DNA of 64,000 nucleotides, from the NCBI GenBank assembly GCA_964019335.1, contig OZ025666.1, forward strand, positions 124,001 to 188,000, read 5' to 3'. Each line of letters opens with the position of its first letter. Position 1 is the stretch's first letter. Of this stretch, positions 9,265 through 20,647 are shown piece after piece. This DNA is from Diplonema japonicum (taxonomy: Eukaryota; Protista; Euglenozoa: Diplonemea). The position numbers were made by a program, and so were the translations under genes. The notes below the pieces were generated by a model. The model was not told the origin of the DNA, did no database searches, and saw only the letters and a list, made by a program, of their open reading frames with translations.

Positions 9265-9357
9265 ACAACGAGTGATGACCAACACGAGGCATTTGTCTGA
9301 ACACCTTTTGCGACGATTATAAAAACGTATTCTACCTTAACTTATCGCTGACGTTGT
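9265..9357 (+). ncRNA. C2 box C/D snoRNA copy
   Basis: Same as 8273-8366; similarity stops right after the terminal stem. Confidence 0.88.
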
Positions 9358-9435
9358 CCGGCACAGTTTATTTTTGTTTGGAGGGGATAAACACACACAA
9401 TACACTCCTAACCACAGGTGGAATGACAAAGAGGC

Positions 9436-10089
9436 ATGGAGCCTGGGTCACTCACTGTCATACCATGTAGCAATTTCTCGATGATTGCACCTGGAGTGTA
9501 CCGTAGCGGATACCCTAGCAAGAAAAACTTTATGTTTTTGAAAAGGCTTGGGGTGAGGTCGATCTGCTATCTCTGTCCGGAGGAGTACGCCCTGGTGAAC
9601 CAAGATTTTTACGCATCGAACGGGATCAAGATTCTGCAGTTCCCAATGGAGGGGAACAAGGAACCGTTTGTTAACATTCCTGAAGAGCAGGTTAACAGGG
9701 CACTCAGCGCCATCTGCGATACGAGCCATCATCCTATCCTCATACACTGCAACAAGGGGAAACACAGAACAGGAGCAGTTTGCGGGTGCCTACGGAGAAT
9801 CCAAGGGTGGTCCCTTGTGTCCATCATCGATGAATACAACAGGTTCGCTGGTGATAAAAGCAGATCCATGGACCAGCAGTTTGTAGAACTCTTCCGCCCT
9901 CAGATCACTCTAGACAAACGATACATGCCCGACTGGCTCTCTCTCACCGACATGAATCCCCTCTTTGCTGCCAAGGTTGTCGGCGAGGCAAACGAAGAAG
10001 AACCCAACCCCATCGGACCCCATGTCCAGTTCCTTGCCAAGCCCTACATTCCCCGCAAGATTGGGCAGGGCAAAAAAGAAGCTGATTAA
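9436..10089 (+). CDS. SIW14: Siw14/PFA-DSP family phosphatase
   Basis: NFSMIAPGVYRSGYP and the catalytic motif HCNKGKHRTG. Confidence 0.9.
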   Translation: MEPGSLTVIPCSNFSMIAPGVYRSGYPSKKNFMFLKRLGVRSICYLCPEEYALVNQDFYASNGIKILQFPMEGNKEPFVNIPEEQVNRALSAICDTSHHPILIHCNKGKHRTGAVCGCLRRIQGWSLVSIIDEYNRFAGDKSRSMDQQFVELFRPQITLDKRYMPDWLSLTDMNPLFAAKVVGEANEEEPNPIGPHVQFLAKPYIPRKIGQGKKEAD

Positions 10090-10182
10090 AGGCAGTGTTT
10101 AACCCCCGTCCCCAATACCCCTTCCTCCATTACCCCACCACTGCTCCTCTGAGCAACACAGACACAAGGTGTAATCTAAAAA

Positions 10183-10908
10183 ATGCGACGCACCATCCGC
10201 CTCTTTGTTGCTGGCTCCGACTCCTTTATCACAGCACAAGGTAGTAGCATAGCAGGGGTGTCCGTGTTACGACCGACGGAGAACTTTGTAACAGAAAAGG
10301 GTAGGGGCTCATGGGTAGGGTGCAGACAAGCAATGTTTCAAGGCGGGGACTTCTGGGCGTTGGAGAAACGGGTTGTGGACAGTGGGAAGGCAACCGACAC
10401 TGTTGCGGGATATGCTGGAGGTGAAGAAAGGCCGTCGTTTCAACAGTTGTTCCACAAGGGTTCCTGTGGTAATAAAGAGACTGTTCTAGTGGTGTACAAC
10501 CCCAGAGTCACAACCTATTCTGAACTTCTTTACCTTTTTTGGACAAGCCACGATCCAACTGCTACGTACCCACCTTCAACAACCCCGCAAACACGCCGTC
10601 TTGCATCTTCCATCTTCTACTTTACCGAAAAACAGCATGCACTTGCCACCGCTGCCCTTTCCTACATTCAAACCCTCACTACTGCAGCTGTTCACACCAC
10701 AATATCCCCAGCCCCTTATTTCTATGAGGCAGAGGCTTTCCACCAACAACGTTTGTCTCAGCCCGGTTCCAGTTTTCGATCTGCTCCAAAAGGCATCAAG
10801 AAGAAGAAGACGAATCTCCGTATCGAGAGGGAAGAGTTCCTCTTGCATCTCCGACAGATGGAAGAGACGCTGCAAGAAGGTGATGACAGCTTTGCAGTGG
10901 TCATGTGA
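10183..10908 (+). CDS. MsrA-like protein lacking the catalytic Cys
   Basis: FQGGDFWALE (canonical GCFWG), GYAGG, FWTSHDPT, FYEAEAFHQQ; basic N-terminal leader. Confidence 0.85.
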   Translation: MRRTIRLFVAGSDSFITAQGSSIAGVSVLRPTENFVTEKGRGSWVGCRQAMFQGGDFWALEKRVVDSGKATDTVAGYAGGEERPSFQQLFHKGSCGNKETVLVVYNPRVTTYSELLYLFWTSHDPTATYPPSTTPQTRRLASSIFYFTEKQHALATAALSYIQTLTTAAVHTTISPAPYFYEAEAFHQQRLSQPGSSFRSAPKGIKKKKTNLRIEREEFLLHLRQMEETLQEGDDSFAVVM

Positions 10909-10921
10909 TCAACAGGTTCAG

Positions 10922-11998
10922 ATGTGCCGATATGATTATCAACACTACAGGGAGATGATAAGCGAAGAAAAGGAAGCGGAGATTCTAGCCCCTCTGCACA
11001 AAAGCTTGATAGAGGAGAAGGTGGCACAAGCACAGGGGAAGAGAATCACGGAGGAAACACTGCTACTAATAAAGCCAGATGCAACGGCCAAGCATGCTGA
11101 GATCCTAGCGATCATCGACCAGGCTGGGTTTGGGATCGAGTGCGCCAGCATGATCATGACCCGTGGCATGGCACGCATGTTAGTGTCGAGCTTCACACGC
11201 GATGAGACAACCAACGACCAGGAGTGGACAGAGGCCAATGTCGACCACCTCCTCTCAGGCACCGTCCTAGCAGTCGTGCTTCGCAGGGTCAACGCCATCA
11301 ACGAACTGCAGAATATTCTCGGCCCTCCGAGCCCCGCTGAAGCAAAAAAAAACCATCCCACCTCCATCCGTGCCCTATACGGGACCAGCGACATACGCAA
11401 CGTCGCCTACTCCAGCCCAAGTAAGAACCAAGCAAAACGTGATGTGGTACTAGTACTCGGTTACACACCGCAAACAAGTCTTGAAACGGTGAGCAAGGCC
11501 GATAGTAATGAGAGAGATGAGTATAATAAATTAACGACAAAGGAACTCCGTGAAATGGCCAAGAGACAGCTAGAAGAACTCGAGCTTGAACGTGAGAAGC
11601 TAGCACAACGAGAAGAAGATTTGCGGATAAAAGAGGCGAGGGAGATACATGAAAAACTATACCCCGACGGGGTCGAGCCGCTACGCCTCGCTGTGGGTAC
11701 AAGCGATGCGTTCGATTCTGCAGCGAAGATCATCCGGCACTGTGCTTCCGTGAACCCTACAGGGATCCCTGTCACCCCTGAAGATTTGCGAACCATTTTC
11801 GACACACTTGATGTGAATGAGACAGGCGCCATCCCCCGCAACAGCTTTAAAGAGCTCTACACGTCAACGCCTTCCCTTGAAAACTACGGCGTCCCCAATG
11901 ACATCGAGGCCCTCGACGCACAGCTTCTCCCCTACAAGGACAGGGGCATCCCCTTTAATGACTTTTGCGTGCTCTTTTACAAAATTGCTAAACGATAA
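10922..11998 (+). CDS. Nucleoside-diphosphate-kinase-like domain plus EF-hand protein (no catalytic His)
   Basis: EETLLLIKPDA, PTSIRALYGT..RNVAYSS; C-terminal FDTLDVNETGAI EF-hand. Confidence 0.85.
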   Translation: MCRYDYQHYREMISEEKEAEILAPLHKSLIEEKVAQAQGKRITEETLLLIKPDATAKHAEILAIIDQAGFGIECASMIMTRGMARMLVSSFTRDETTNDQEWTEANVDHLLSGTVLAVVLRRVNAINELQNILGPPSPAEAKKNHPTSIRALYGTSDIRNVAYSSPSKNQAKRDVVLVLGYTPQTSLETVSKADSNERDEYNKLTTKELREMAKRQLEELELEREKLAQREEDLRIKEAREIHEKLYPDGVEPLRLAVGTSDAFDSAAKIIRHCASVNPTGIPVTPEDLRTIFDTLDVNETGAIPRNSFKELYTSTPSLENYGVPNDIEALDAQLLPYKDRGIPFNDFCVLFYKIAKR

Positions 11999-12115
11999 CA
12001 GTATTTAAGAGGATCGGTTTCTACCCTTTTGCTCTTCTTTCCAGTACATAACCCCCTTTTTTTTGTGTGAGAATTATAGACGCGCTTTTCTGTTCACATC
12101 TTCTCAGGCAGCTAG

Positions 12116-15100
12116 ATGCAAGAAAATGATGCCGAAATAGAAGATCTGTTAGATAAGGAACTGAGCCTGATCAGCATCGGTGTGGAAGAGCGAGTACCGT
12201 GCAGGGATTTTGAGTACCCTGTGGTGCGATGGAGTGAACAGGAATTGCGGGCAAAAATAGCATCGCCGCTGCTGTCGGATGATCCGTTGGCGCTGCAAGG
12301 GTGCAGTGTGGGCGTGGAGAAGGGTATTGAGAAAACAAAGGTGTTGAGGAAGGTCATCCCGGTCGCGGCAGAAGAAGATGTCGACCTGTCTATGTTGGAC
12401 GATCCTGTGACCTGCTCCAACGGGAAATGGGCAAGTACCGTCGATAGGTTCAAGCAGTTCCTTGGCGAGTCCGAGCAACAGACCATCATGCTACGAGAGT
12501 CCATCGAAGGGTTGTACAGCCTTGAGCTCCCCATACATCTCACCAACGACAAAAAACAGGCACCACAAACCCCGGAACAACAGGACGAAGATCTCCCCTC
12601 CGACACCAACACCCCAGACGACGTGCTGCATCTCTCAGACATCAGCGACGACGAGGAGCGGTCTTTGGTGGACGAAAAAGTCCTCGAAGAGCTCCAGCAA
12701 CGATTCAGAGAAGAAGTCGAAGCCTTGAAGAAGCAAGAGGAACAGCAGAAGAAAGAAACCCTTCTTAGGTGTGAAGAAGAGTTCAAGGAACGCATTCTCG
12801 AACCCGAAGAAAAGCTCACCTCCATCAAGCAAAAAGCAGCTCCCCTTGACATAAACAAAGCCCTGCGTGTGGCAGAGGACACCATGCAACGAGATGTAGA
12901 GTTCACCTCCAACTTGAAGGAAGCAGAGGAACGCATCGACAGAGACATCGCAGAGGCAAAGGAGGAGCTCCAAAAAATACAAGAGGAACAACACCAACGA
13001 CGAAAGCAGGATGAAGAAGAGAGGCAAAAGGAAGAGGAAATAAGAAATGCCAAAGAGAACAAGCAGCTGGAGGCAATGCGGGTTGAAAGCAGAAGAATGA
13101 AGCTCATTGAGAGAAAGCAGTACAGGATGGTGAAAGAGCAGAGCGAAAAGTTGAAAATGGAGGCTGCCGACATAGAGTCCATGCATTCACTTGTGCTGAT
13201 ACAGGAAAAGAAGAATAAAGAAAGGGCACTACAATTGGCGAGACTGGCCAGGCAGCGGGCCGAGCATGATGACATGTGCAAAGCTGAGCATGATCTGGTC
13301 TTTGAAGAAGAAGCATGCATGCGCAGTGCGCTTGAGAAAGATCAGGAAGAGGCATACAAAATTTTCTGCGATCCTTTCACAGCACTCTGCGATTACGCCG
13401 CAAAGCTTCTCCAGCAGCGATACGCTCTTCTCACGAAGCACGGCAAACAAGCTGCACTCATCGCCAAAGAAGAGCTCTCAGTTCGCACTGCTTTTGTAGA
13501 CTGGTCCGAGACTAATATCAAAGCATGGTTGGCTGAAGTGTCTTCATTTTACAACAGCGAAGACACTGCAAGGAGCGCCCTGCGGGCTCATGAAATGGAA
13601 GAGATGCGGAGTGTCATACAAGCAGCGGAAGCAGACCATTACAAGGTAGAAGAAGTGCTTATCAATATTGATCTAGCAAAGAAGAAACGGGAAGCTTTTC
13701 AGACATGCGAGAAGGAGACCTCTGAAGGTGTCATAGAGCTCTCCACCATGTTTAGTTCCGTGGCCACACCTGCTTCTGCCGTGGTTTCTGGTAGGCTGTC
13801 CGCCCTGAGGCTGCAGAGCTCGTTGCGAAGCGACTGGTTACAATTCTCTAATCCAGATGCAGTTACTGTAATCAGGAAGAGGAGGATCCTACCGGTGGAA
13901 GGCACACAAGCATCCGGTGCTAGCAGGCAGAGCACGCCGTCGCCCCACCCGCCGCTGAAGGAGGAGGCCAATGTACTGAGCATGGACCACTTCAGGAGGG
14001 GTTACACTCTGTGCAAGTTAGGATCCTTAGAAAACGTCAGCATCACTTTTGAGAAGCTGACTAAGGTTGTTGGGCCCTTTCCAGAGCTTGTGAACCTTGC
14101 GGAGCTTGACCTCAGCAACAACGTGATCAGCAGTTTCAGCGGGTTCATCCATAGCCTGCGGTGCTTGGACCTCACGGATAACAAGATGACTTGCACAGCG
14201 TTTCTCTCTAACTTGCCGAACCTGCAACGTGTGAAGCTGGACGCGAACAATGTGAGTAATTTGTCACGTGTCGAAGAGTGTCAGCGGCTCAAGGAGCTCT
14301 CTGCAAGGCATAACTGTATCTCTGAGGCCACGAACCTCAAAGAGTGTGTGTCCCTTGTGTCTCTCGACCTCTTCGGCAACAACCTGACCTCTGTCGCTGT
14401 GCCCGACGTTTCTTCTCTCACCTACGTTAACGTCGGCAGGAATGCCCTCACAGACGTGTCAAACATCCTCCGTAGTTGCACGGTCCTCCTCGAGGCACAC
14501 TTCTACAACAACCGCATCACATCTCTCCCATCCCGGATCCACAACGTCCTGCTGCAGTCGCTGCTGCTGAGCGATAATCTCATTGAAAAGGTATGTGCTG
14601 CAACATGGGATACCATAATCTCAATTTACAGATACCTGATCTGTCGCACCTCCCTCTCCTCACTATGCTGGACGTGTCTAGTAATAAATTGCACGATGCC
14701 AGTGGTGTGCGAGGCTGCCTTCACCTCGAAGTCCTGAATTTGGCCTTTAATGACTTGGTATGCCGCATATGATCAACGTGCATACAACTTGCAGACTGAC
14801 GCTGAGTGCATCCTCGTCCCCTGCAAAACACTTTCAAGGCTGCAGCGTCTGGATATCAACGACAACCCTCTATGGGAGCAGGACACGTTCGGGTTGCTGA
14901 AGGATAGTTTCGTACGGTGTCTCCCTTCACTGCGGTCTCTGAACTCCTGCCCTGTGGAGGAGCCGGAGAAGGCAAATGTTTTCACACCAAACGATGTGTC
15001 TCGCATCGTCAGCATGTGCTTGCCGGTGGGCACCACTCCGACAGTTGATGATGAAGCCCATGCTCTCAGCTGTTATGACGACTTGTGCATGATGCAAATC

Positions 15101-15982
15101 AAGGAGCGGCGCAGAGTTGCAAACGACATACGTCAGGGAACGGCACCTCAGCATAGCTTGGAGGACATGACAGAGCAGCAGGTCCAGGCTCATGCTACAC
15201 ACGGCGTGACGCATTTGCAGCACAAATTTAGGACGAATCCTCTGTACGGCAAGAAGCGTGAGCAGTTCAAGCGGCAGCAGGCAGCGTCGCGTATATGCAA
15301 ATGGGTGCGCGGCAGGAAGGAACGAAGACGGATGAACCGTGCAGCTGTAACGGTGCAGGCTGCATGGCTGGGGTACATTACACGGAAGCGATTGCGAGAC
15401 AACACTTGGGTGGACAGTGACACAAGGGAGTACGGGAAGGTGAGTGTTGACTTTGGGCAGGAAGTCGACACCTCTGGCTTCAAGCACATGGGCGAGATCC
15501 TCGGGGCGGCACTGGCGAGAAACGAAGTCCCTGTACCGAAGGACATGGCACCCTTCCAAACTGTAACTGCATCTGTATCTGTGCCTATGCCGACGCCACC
15601 CCCTGAGCCAAAGACTCCGTTGAAAGACGCAATGAGAGAACGACAGCACTCTCCCCCACAGACAGAGGAGCCGCAGTTGGGTAGCGCGACGCTAGCATGG
15701 TCCTCAGGGATGATGAAACGGGAGAAGAAGTTTGAAAAAATAAAGAAACGCCGCATGACAGAAGAGCGTTTCATCTATGATAGATCGAAGACCCTTCAGT
15801 CCCGTAAGAGCCTCATCGAAAAGAACATACAGCAGGCGGCCTCTGCCACCACTTCTGTAAAGAAGCCCGACCCGCCTGTAGACCTCGAAGTTGAGTCCCT
15901 TTCTAGCACACTCAGCACGCTTGGTGACCACAAGTCGCTGAAGAAGACCACCTCCCTACCACCCCTCAATCGGTCCCTTTAG
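12116..15982 (+). CDS. Coiled-coil + LRR + IQ protein (LRRIQ-like); introns 14591-14631, 14758-14794
   Basis: LxxLxLxxN repeats continue in frame across two short GT-AG introns; IQ motif AAVTVQAAWLGYITRK. Confidence 0.85.
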
Positions 15983-16062
15983 ATTAAAACTCAGGATCCC
16001 TTATTTTTAGTTCTCATCCCCCGAGCCGTTAATTGTCCCACAGGTTACTTTAGAAATACAAA

Positions 16063-16655
16063 ATGGTTAACTTCGACGCAGGTGAGCAGACTGAGCGTGG
16101 TTTCCAGAAGCAGGTACGTTTACACAGTTATTTATCACCATCTTAACAGGGGAATGTCTTCTGTGCCACTCGCAGGGTTGTGAAGTCCAGGTTCCAGAAG
16201 AACAGCAAGGGTAACCTCAGGCAGTGGAAGAACGTCGGTCTTGGCTTCAAGACCCCCAAGGAGGCCATCGAAGGGAACTACGTGGACAACAAGTGCCCCT
16301 GGACTGGCAACGTGTCCATCCGTGGCCGTATCCTCCGTGGTGTGATCAAGAGCACCAAGATGAACCGTACCCTTGTTGTGCGCCGTGACTACCTCCACTG
16401 GGTGACCAAGTACCAGAGGTACGAGAAGCGTCACAAGAACTTCGCTGCCCACTGCAGCCCCGCCTTCGCTGTGAAGAAGGTATTTTTTTTCCCTCCCAAC
16501 ACAATGCACCAAACACCTACACACAGGTTGGTGACGAGGTTGTTGCTGGTCAGTGCCGTCCTCTCTCGAAGACTGTCCGTTTCAACGTGCTGAAGATCAA
16601 CCCCAAGGGTAAGTTGAGGCTCGAGACCCGTTTCAAGAAGTTCGCCAAGTTCTGA
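16063..16655 (+). CDS. RPS11: 40S ribosomal protein S11 (uS17) copy 1; introns 16114-16149, 16480-16526
   Basis: [56 protein letters not shown]. Confidence 0.97.
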
Positions 16656-16791
16656 GCGCAATTTACGAATGGGGCTAGTTAGTAGTATCACCACAATCAT
16701 AGTGTTTAGAGACTCTTCTCTTTCCGTTACGTTTAGTGCCGTATCGCTGGTGCCTTTAGTAACTTACATAGGGTAGTATCAACTCAGAAAA

Positions 16792-17397
16792 ATGGTTAAC
16801 TTCGACGCAGGTGAGCAGACTGAGCGTGGTTTCCAAAAGCAGGTACTTTTTACATAACAATGTATCACCATCTTAACAGGGGAATGTCTTCTGCGCCACT
16901 CGCAGGGTTGTGAAGTCCAGGTTCCAGAAGAACAGCAAGGGTAACCTCAGGCAGTGGAAGAACGTCGGTCTTGGCTTCAAGACCCCCAAGGAGGCCATCG
17001 AAGGGAACTACGTGGACAACAAGTGCCCCTGGACTGGCAATGTGTCCATCCGTGGCCGTATCCTCCGTGGTGTGATCAAGAGCACCAAGATGAACCGTAC
17101 CCTTGTTGTGCGCCGTGACTACCTCCACTGGGTGACCAAATACCAGAGGTACGAGAAGCGTCACAAGAACTTCGCTGCCCACTGCAGCCCCGCCTTCGCT
17201 GTGAAGAAGGTATATTTATATTAATATTTTTTTCGCAACAACTTACAACAATGCACCACTACACACAGGTTGGTGACGAGGTTGTTGCTGGTCAGTGCCG
17301 TCCTCTCTCGAAGACTGTCCGTTTCAACGTGCTGAAGATCAACCCCAAGGGTAAGTTGAGGCTCGAGACTCGCTTCAAGAAGTTCGCCAAGTTCTGA
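16792..17397 (+). CDS. RPS11: 40S ribosomal protein S11 copy 2 (two introns)
   Basis: Near-identical exons with synonymous differences. Confidence 0.97.
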
Positions 17398-17558
17398 TGA
17401 GGGCATTCTTCTTTTTTTTTTTTTCTAGGATGGGAGTAGCGTGATCACGAGGATACCCGCCCATGAGTAGCTGTTTGCGTTATAATTATTTCCCCTGGGT
17501 GTAACTAGGCAACAATTCACTGTCATCACTACCCCACACCACAGAGTCTTAGCTCAAA

Positions 17559-18152
17559 ATGGTTAACTTCGACGCAGGTGAGCAGACTGAGCGTGGTTTC
17601 CAGAAGCAGGTACGTTTTACATAACAATGTATCACCATCTTAACAGGGGAATGTCTTCTGTGCCACTCGCAGGGTTGTGAAGTCCAGGTTCCAGAAGAAC
17701 AGCAAGGGTAACCTCAGGCAGTGGAAGAACGTCGGTCTTGGCTTCAAGACCCCCAAGGAGGCCATCGAAGGGAACTACGTGGACAACAAGTGCCCCTGGA
17801 CTGGCAACGTGTCCATCCGTGGCCGTATCCTCCGTGGTGTGATCAAGAGCACCAAGATGAACCGTACCCTTGTTGTGCGCCGTGACTACCTCCACTGGGT
17901 GACCAAGTACCAGAGGTACGAGAAGCGTCACAAGAACTTCGCTGCCCACTGCAGCCCCGCCTTCGCTGTGAAGAAGGTATTTTTTTTCCCTCCCAACACA
18001 ATGCACCAAACACCTACACACAGGTTGGTGACGAGGTTGTTGCTGGTCAGTGCCGTCCTCTCTCGAAGACTGTCCGTTTCAACGTGCTGAAGATCAACCC
18101 CAAGGGTAAGTTGAGGCTCGAGACCCGTTTCAAGAAGTTCGCCAAGTTCTGA
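17559..18152 (+). CDS. RPS11: 40S ribosomal protein S11 copy 3 (two introns)
   Basis: Exons match copy 1. Confidence 0.97.
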
Positions 18153-18304
18153 GCTTGTTTTTTTATGCTTTGAGTGAAATTCTTATCTCGCATGACAACA
18201 TACTTCCCCCCCCCCCCCCCCCCCCCCCACCCTGCCCATGGTAAAAAAAGGAAAACAGAGAAAAGGGGAGCAAAAAAAAAGAGAAAAAAAAAGAAGAAAA
18301 AAAA

Positions 18305-18607
18305 ATGCCGCAGGCACTGAAGGACAAAGAGCAGCTTGTGAACGAGATTATGAAGAACATAAAAACAAGCAACGAGTTACTGCTACAAGCTGAGGCAGGG
18401 GAAGAGTCGAGACAACGCACTCTTGAAGTTGAGAAAGATATTGTGAGATGGCTTGCCGTGGGGCAGGCAGCCGCAACACGTCTGTACGAGCTCTTGAAAG
18501 AAAAGAAACCGGAAATGAAGCTTGAAAACGAAGGCCAGCTTCTACTGAAGCTAGGGATCCCTCATGAGAAGCTTCAGTGGAGCGTGGAAGAAGAGACCTT
18601 TTACTAA
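18305..18607 (+). CDS. Sfr1/Mei5-like recombination mediator (minimal C-terminal domain)
   Basis: DIVRWLAVGQAAATRL..GQLLLKLGIPHEKLQWSVEEETF resembles the Sfr1/Mei5 C-terminal pattern. Confidence 0.6.
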   Translation: MPQALKDKEQLVNEIMKNIKTSNELLLQAEAGEESRQRTLEVEKDIVRWLAVGQAAATRLYELLKEKKPEMKLENEGQLLLKLGIPHEKLQWSVEEETFY

Positions 18608-18740
18608 AAAACAAGGGAATTCTGCTCCCTTAATCCAATCTCTCATACTTTTTTTTTGTTCCTTTTTTTTTTTTTTCTTTTCTTTTAACACTTTCATATG
18701 AGTTCTAAGGAAGGAGGGAACGAAAGAAGGAAAAAAAAAA

Positions 18741-19071
18741 ATGTTGCGCAGGGGTGCGTGTAAAGCGTTTGGGAGGTGCAGAGTGAACCAAGTACCGTGT
18801 CTTGTTGGGTATGGTTGAAGTGTCAATGCAAACTCGGGGGGGGGGGGGGGGAATAAATAAAAACAGGATGAACCAGCTCCCGTCTGCCTTCATGAGGACG
18901 GCGTTGCCCTCCCAGAACCGTTCCTTCGCCACATCCTTGGCCTCGCCAGTAGCTGAGCCTCTGACCGAGGTTCAAGATATCATTGTGGAGAACATGACCC
19001 TTCTTAACTGCACATTGTCGTACATATCAACAGCCACAGTGCACGAGGTCCAAACTGAATTCGAAATGTGA
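18741..19071 (+). CDS. Small protein with mitochondrial-type presequence; intron 18809-18866
   Basis: MLRRGACK.. joins in frame via GT..AAACAG to MNQLPSAF..EFEM*. Confidence 0.6.
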
Positions 19072-19477
19072 AAATTGGACACCACCGATCAACATCATAA
19101 TACCCCCACCCCCCCCCACCCCCCACCCCGGGGTTCTGATGAATCCCATTTCCCGAAAATGGGGATGGGCACGGAGACAGCACAAGCAAACATAGAAGAA
19201 TAGAAAATATAGTTTCTTTTTTTTTCTTCTTTTTTGGGTCTTAAGGCGGTAAGCCTTTTCCCCACGCGATTCTTTGTTGCTTTTTTTTTTTTTTTTTTTT
19301 GTTGATTCTCCTACGAGTTTGCCCCTCCCCATTGGGTTTTTTTCTCTGCCCCCCCCCCCCCCCCACCAGGTTGTAGTAAATGGGGAAAAGAAAGACGCTA
19401 TATTTTGAGGGAAAAGGGGTTTGCTCTGTTCAAAAAAAAAGAAGAAAACAAAACCACTGCTTAAAGGAAGGGGGGAA

Positions 19478-20647
19478 ATGTCGGGGTGTGACAATGGTTT
19501 GGACTTAAGTCTGCTGTGGTGTGCAGAGATGAAGAACGGCCAAGTGAAACCCAGGGTGGGGCACACAGGGACCATAATAAAAAACCAATTCTGGGTTTTC
19601 GGAGGGTATTTCAGGTACGGCAACTGCATAGAAGGGTTGCAGTACTTAGACCTAGACACACTGGAGTGGGGAATGGCTGTGGTACCTTTTGGCCCCGAGG
19701 CCCGCGCATGGCACTCTGCCGTTCTAATCAGCAGCTGTAAATGGCTGATCTTCGGTGGGTTCAATGGATCCTCTTACCTAAACGACTTACACGTTCTCAC
19801 AGTCAAGGACACACGGGGGACTGTTGTGTGGGACAAGCAGCTGAAGGTTAAAGGACAGCGTCCTGTGTGCAAGCAGAACGCATCCATGACAATAGTGCGA
19901 GGCACCATATATGTGTTTGGAGGGTACTCGCAAGGGAAATGTGTTGCCCACCTGCACACCATCGACACAAGGCAGTACGAGTCTGATGGTGTTCTGGAAT
20001 GGGCGCAGCTCAACATTGACCTCCAACACTCGCCTTCTAGAAGGTGCGGCCACAGTGCATGGGTCGCGGCAGACCGCTACATCTACATCTTCGGTGGTTA
20101 TGATAATGAAATGCACTGCCTCGACACTGTGAGCGAGAAGTGGCTCGCTGTTGAAACCCTTGAGCCCCGCCCTGCCTCGCGAAGGTTAGCTGGTTCTGCG
20201 TCTATTTTTAACCCGAAAGCAAAGACTACGCTTCTCCTTCTCACCGGCGGCCTCTGCGACCACACGAACACTACATATGGCGACTCTTGGGTTTTCGACT
20301 GTACATCGCACAGATGGACTGAACTAGAAAACCTTGGTCAGCACGTTCCCAGAGGTCTTGCATCGCACACGCTTGTTCTGCACCACCCGTTGGGCCGCAT
20401 GCTCTGTGCCAACGGTGAAGAAAGCCCCGACGATTGCCTCCTCATCCTCGCCTTCTCGGGAGAGCTCCCCAACAACGAAAAACACTCCTCCATGTTCATC
20501 CTTGCCCTCCAAGCAAAGGACGACACCCCCCCTGAGCACAGCAACCCAAGGCTCACCACCATTGCCAGCCAGTACCAAGCCGCCTCAAGGGTCGCCACTG
20601 TGGGGCCGAAGCCATGCCGTGCGTGTACTATGTGTTCTGTTAGTTAA
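19478..20647 (+). CDS. Kelch-repeat protein
   Basis: Repeated R..H....(I/V)FGG..W motifs. Confidence 0.9.
   Translation: MSGCDNGLDLSLLWCAEMKNGQVKPRVGHTGTIIKNQFWVFGGYFRYGNCIEGLQYLDLDTLEWGMAVVPFGPEARAWHSAVLISSCKWLIFGGFNGSSYLNDLHVLTVKDTRGTVVWDKQLKVKGQRPVCKQNASMTIVRGTIYVFGGYSQGKCVAHLHTIDTRQYESDGVLEWAQLNIDLQHSPSRRCGHSAWVAADRYIYIFGGYDNEMHCLDTVSEKWLAVETLEPRPASRRLAGSASIFNPKAKTTLLLLTGGLCDHTNTTYGDSWVFDCTSHRWTELENLGQHVPRGLASHTLVLHHPLGRMLCANGEESPDDCLLILAFSGELPNNEKHSSMFILALQAKDDTPPEHSNPRLTTIASQYQAASRVATVGPKPCRACTMCSVS

Larger units (their letters stand above)
7920..9357 (+). repeat. Tandem snoRNA array 1 (about 1.5 units of a ~975-nt repeat; order H1-C1-H2-C2-C3-C4-C5-H1-C1-H2-C2)
   Basis: Near-identical blocks recur with variable A/T-rich spacers; each conserved block carries C/D or AGA boxes. 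Confidence 0.92.

Noticed and set aside
7920-9357. CRISPR array or transposon interpretation of the repeats
   Set aside because: Units are 70-105 nt with snoRNA boxes and rRNA complementarity; there are no unique equal-length spacers, cas genes or terminal repeats.
10345-10360. Selenocysteine in the MsrA-like protein
   Set aside because: The codon is GAC, not TGA.
17430-17470. Hairpin between RPS11 copies 2 and 3 as a possible guide RNA
   Set aside because: Short, with no AGA or C/D boxes and no recognisable target.
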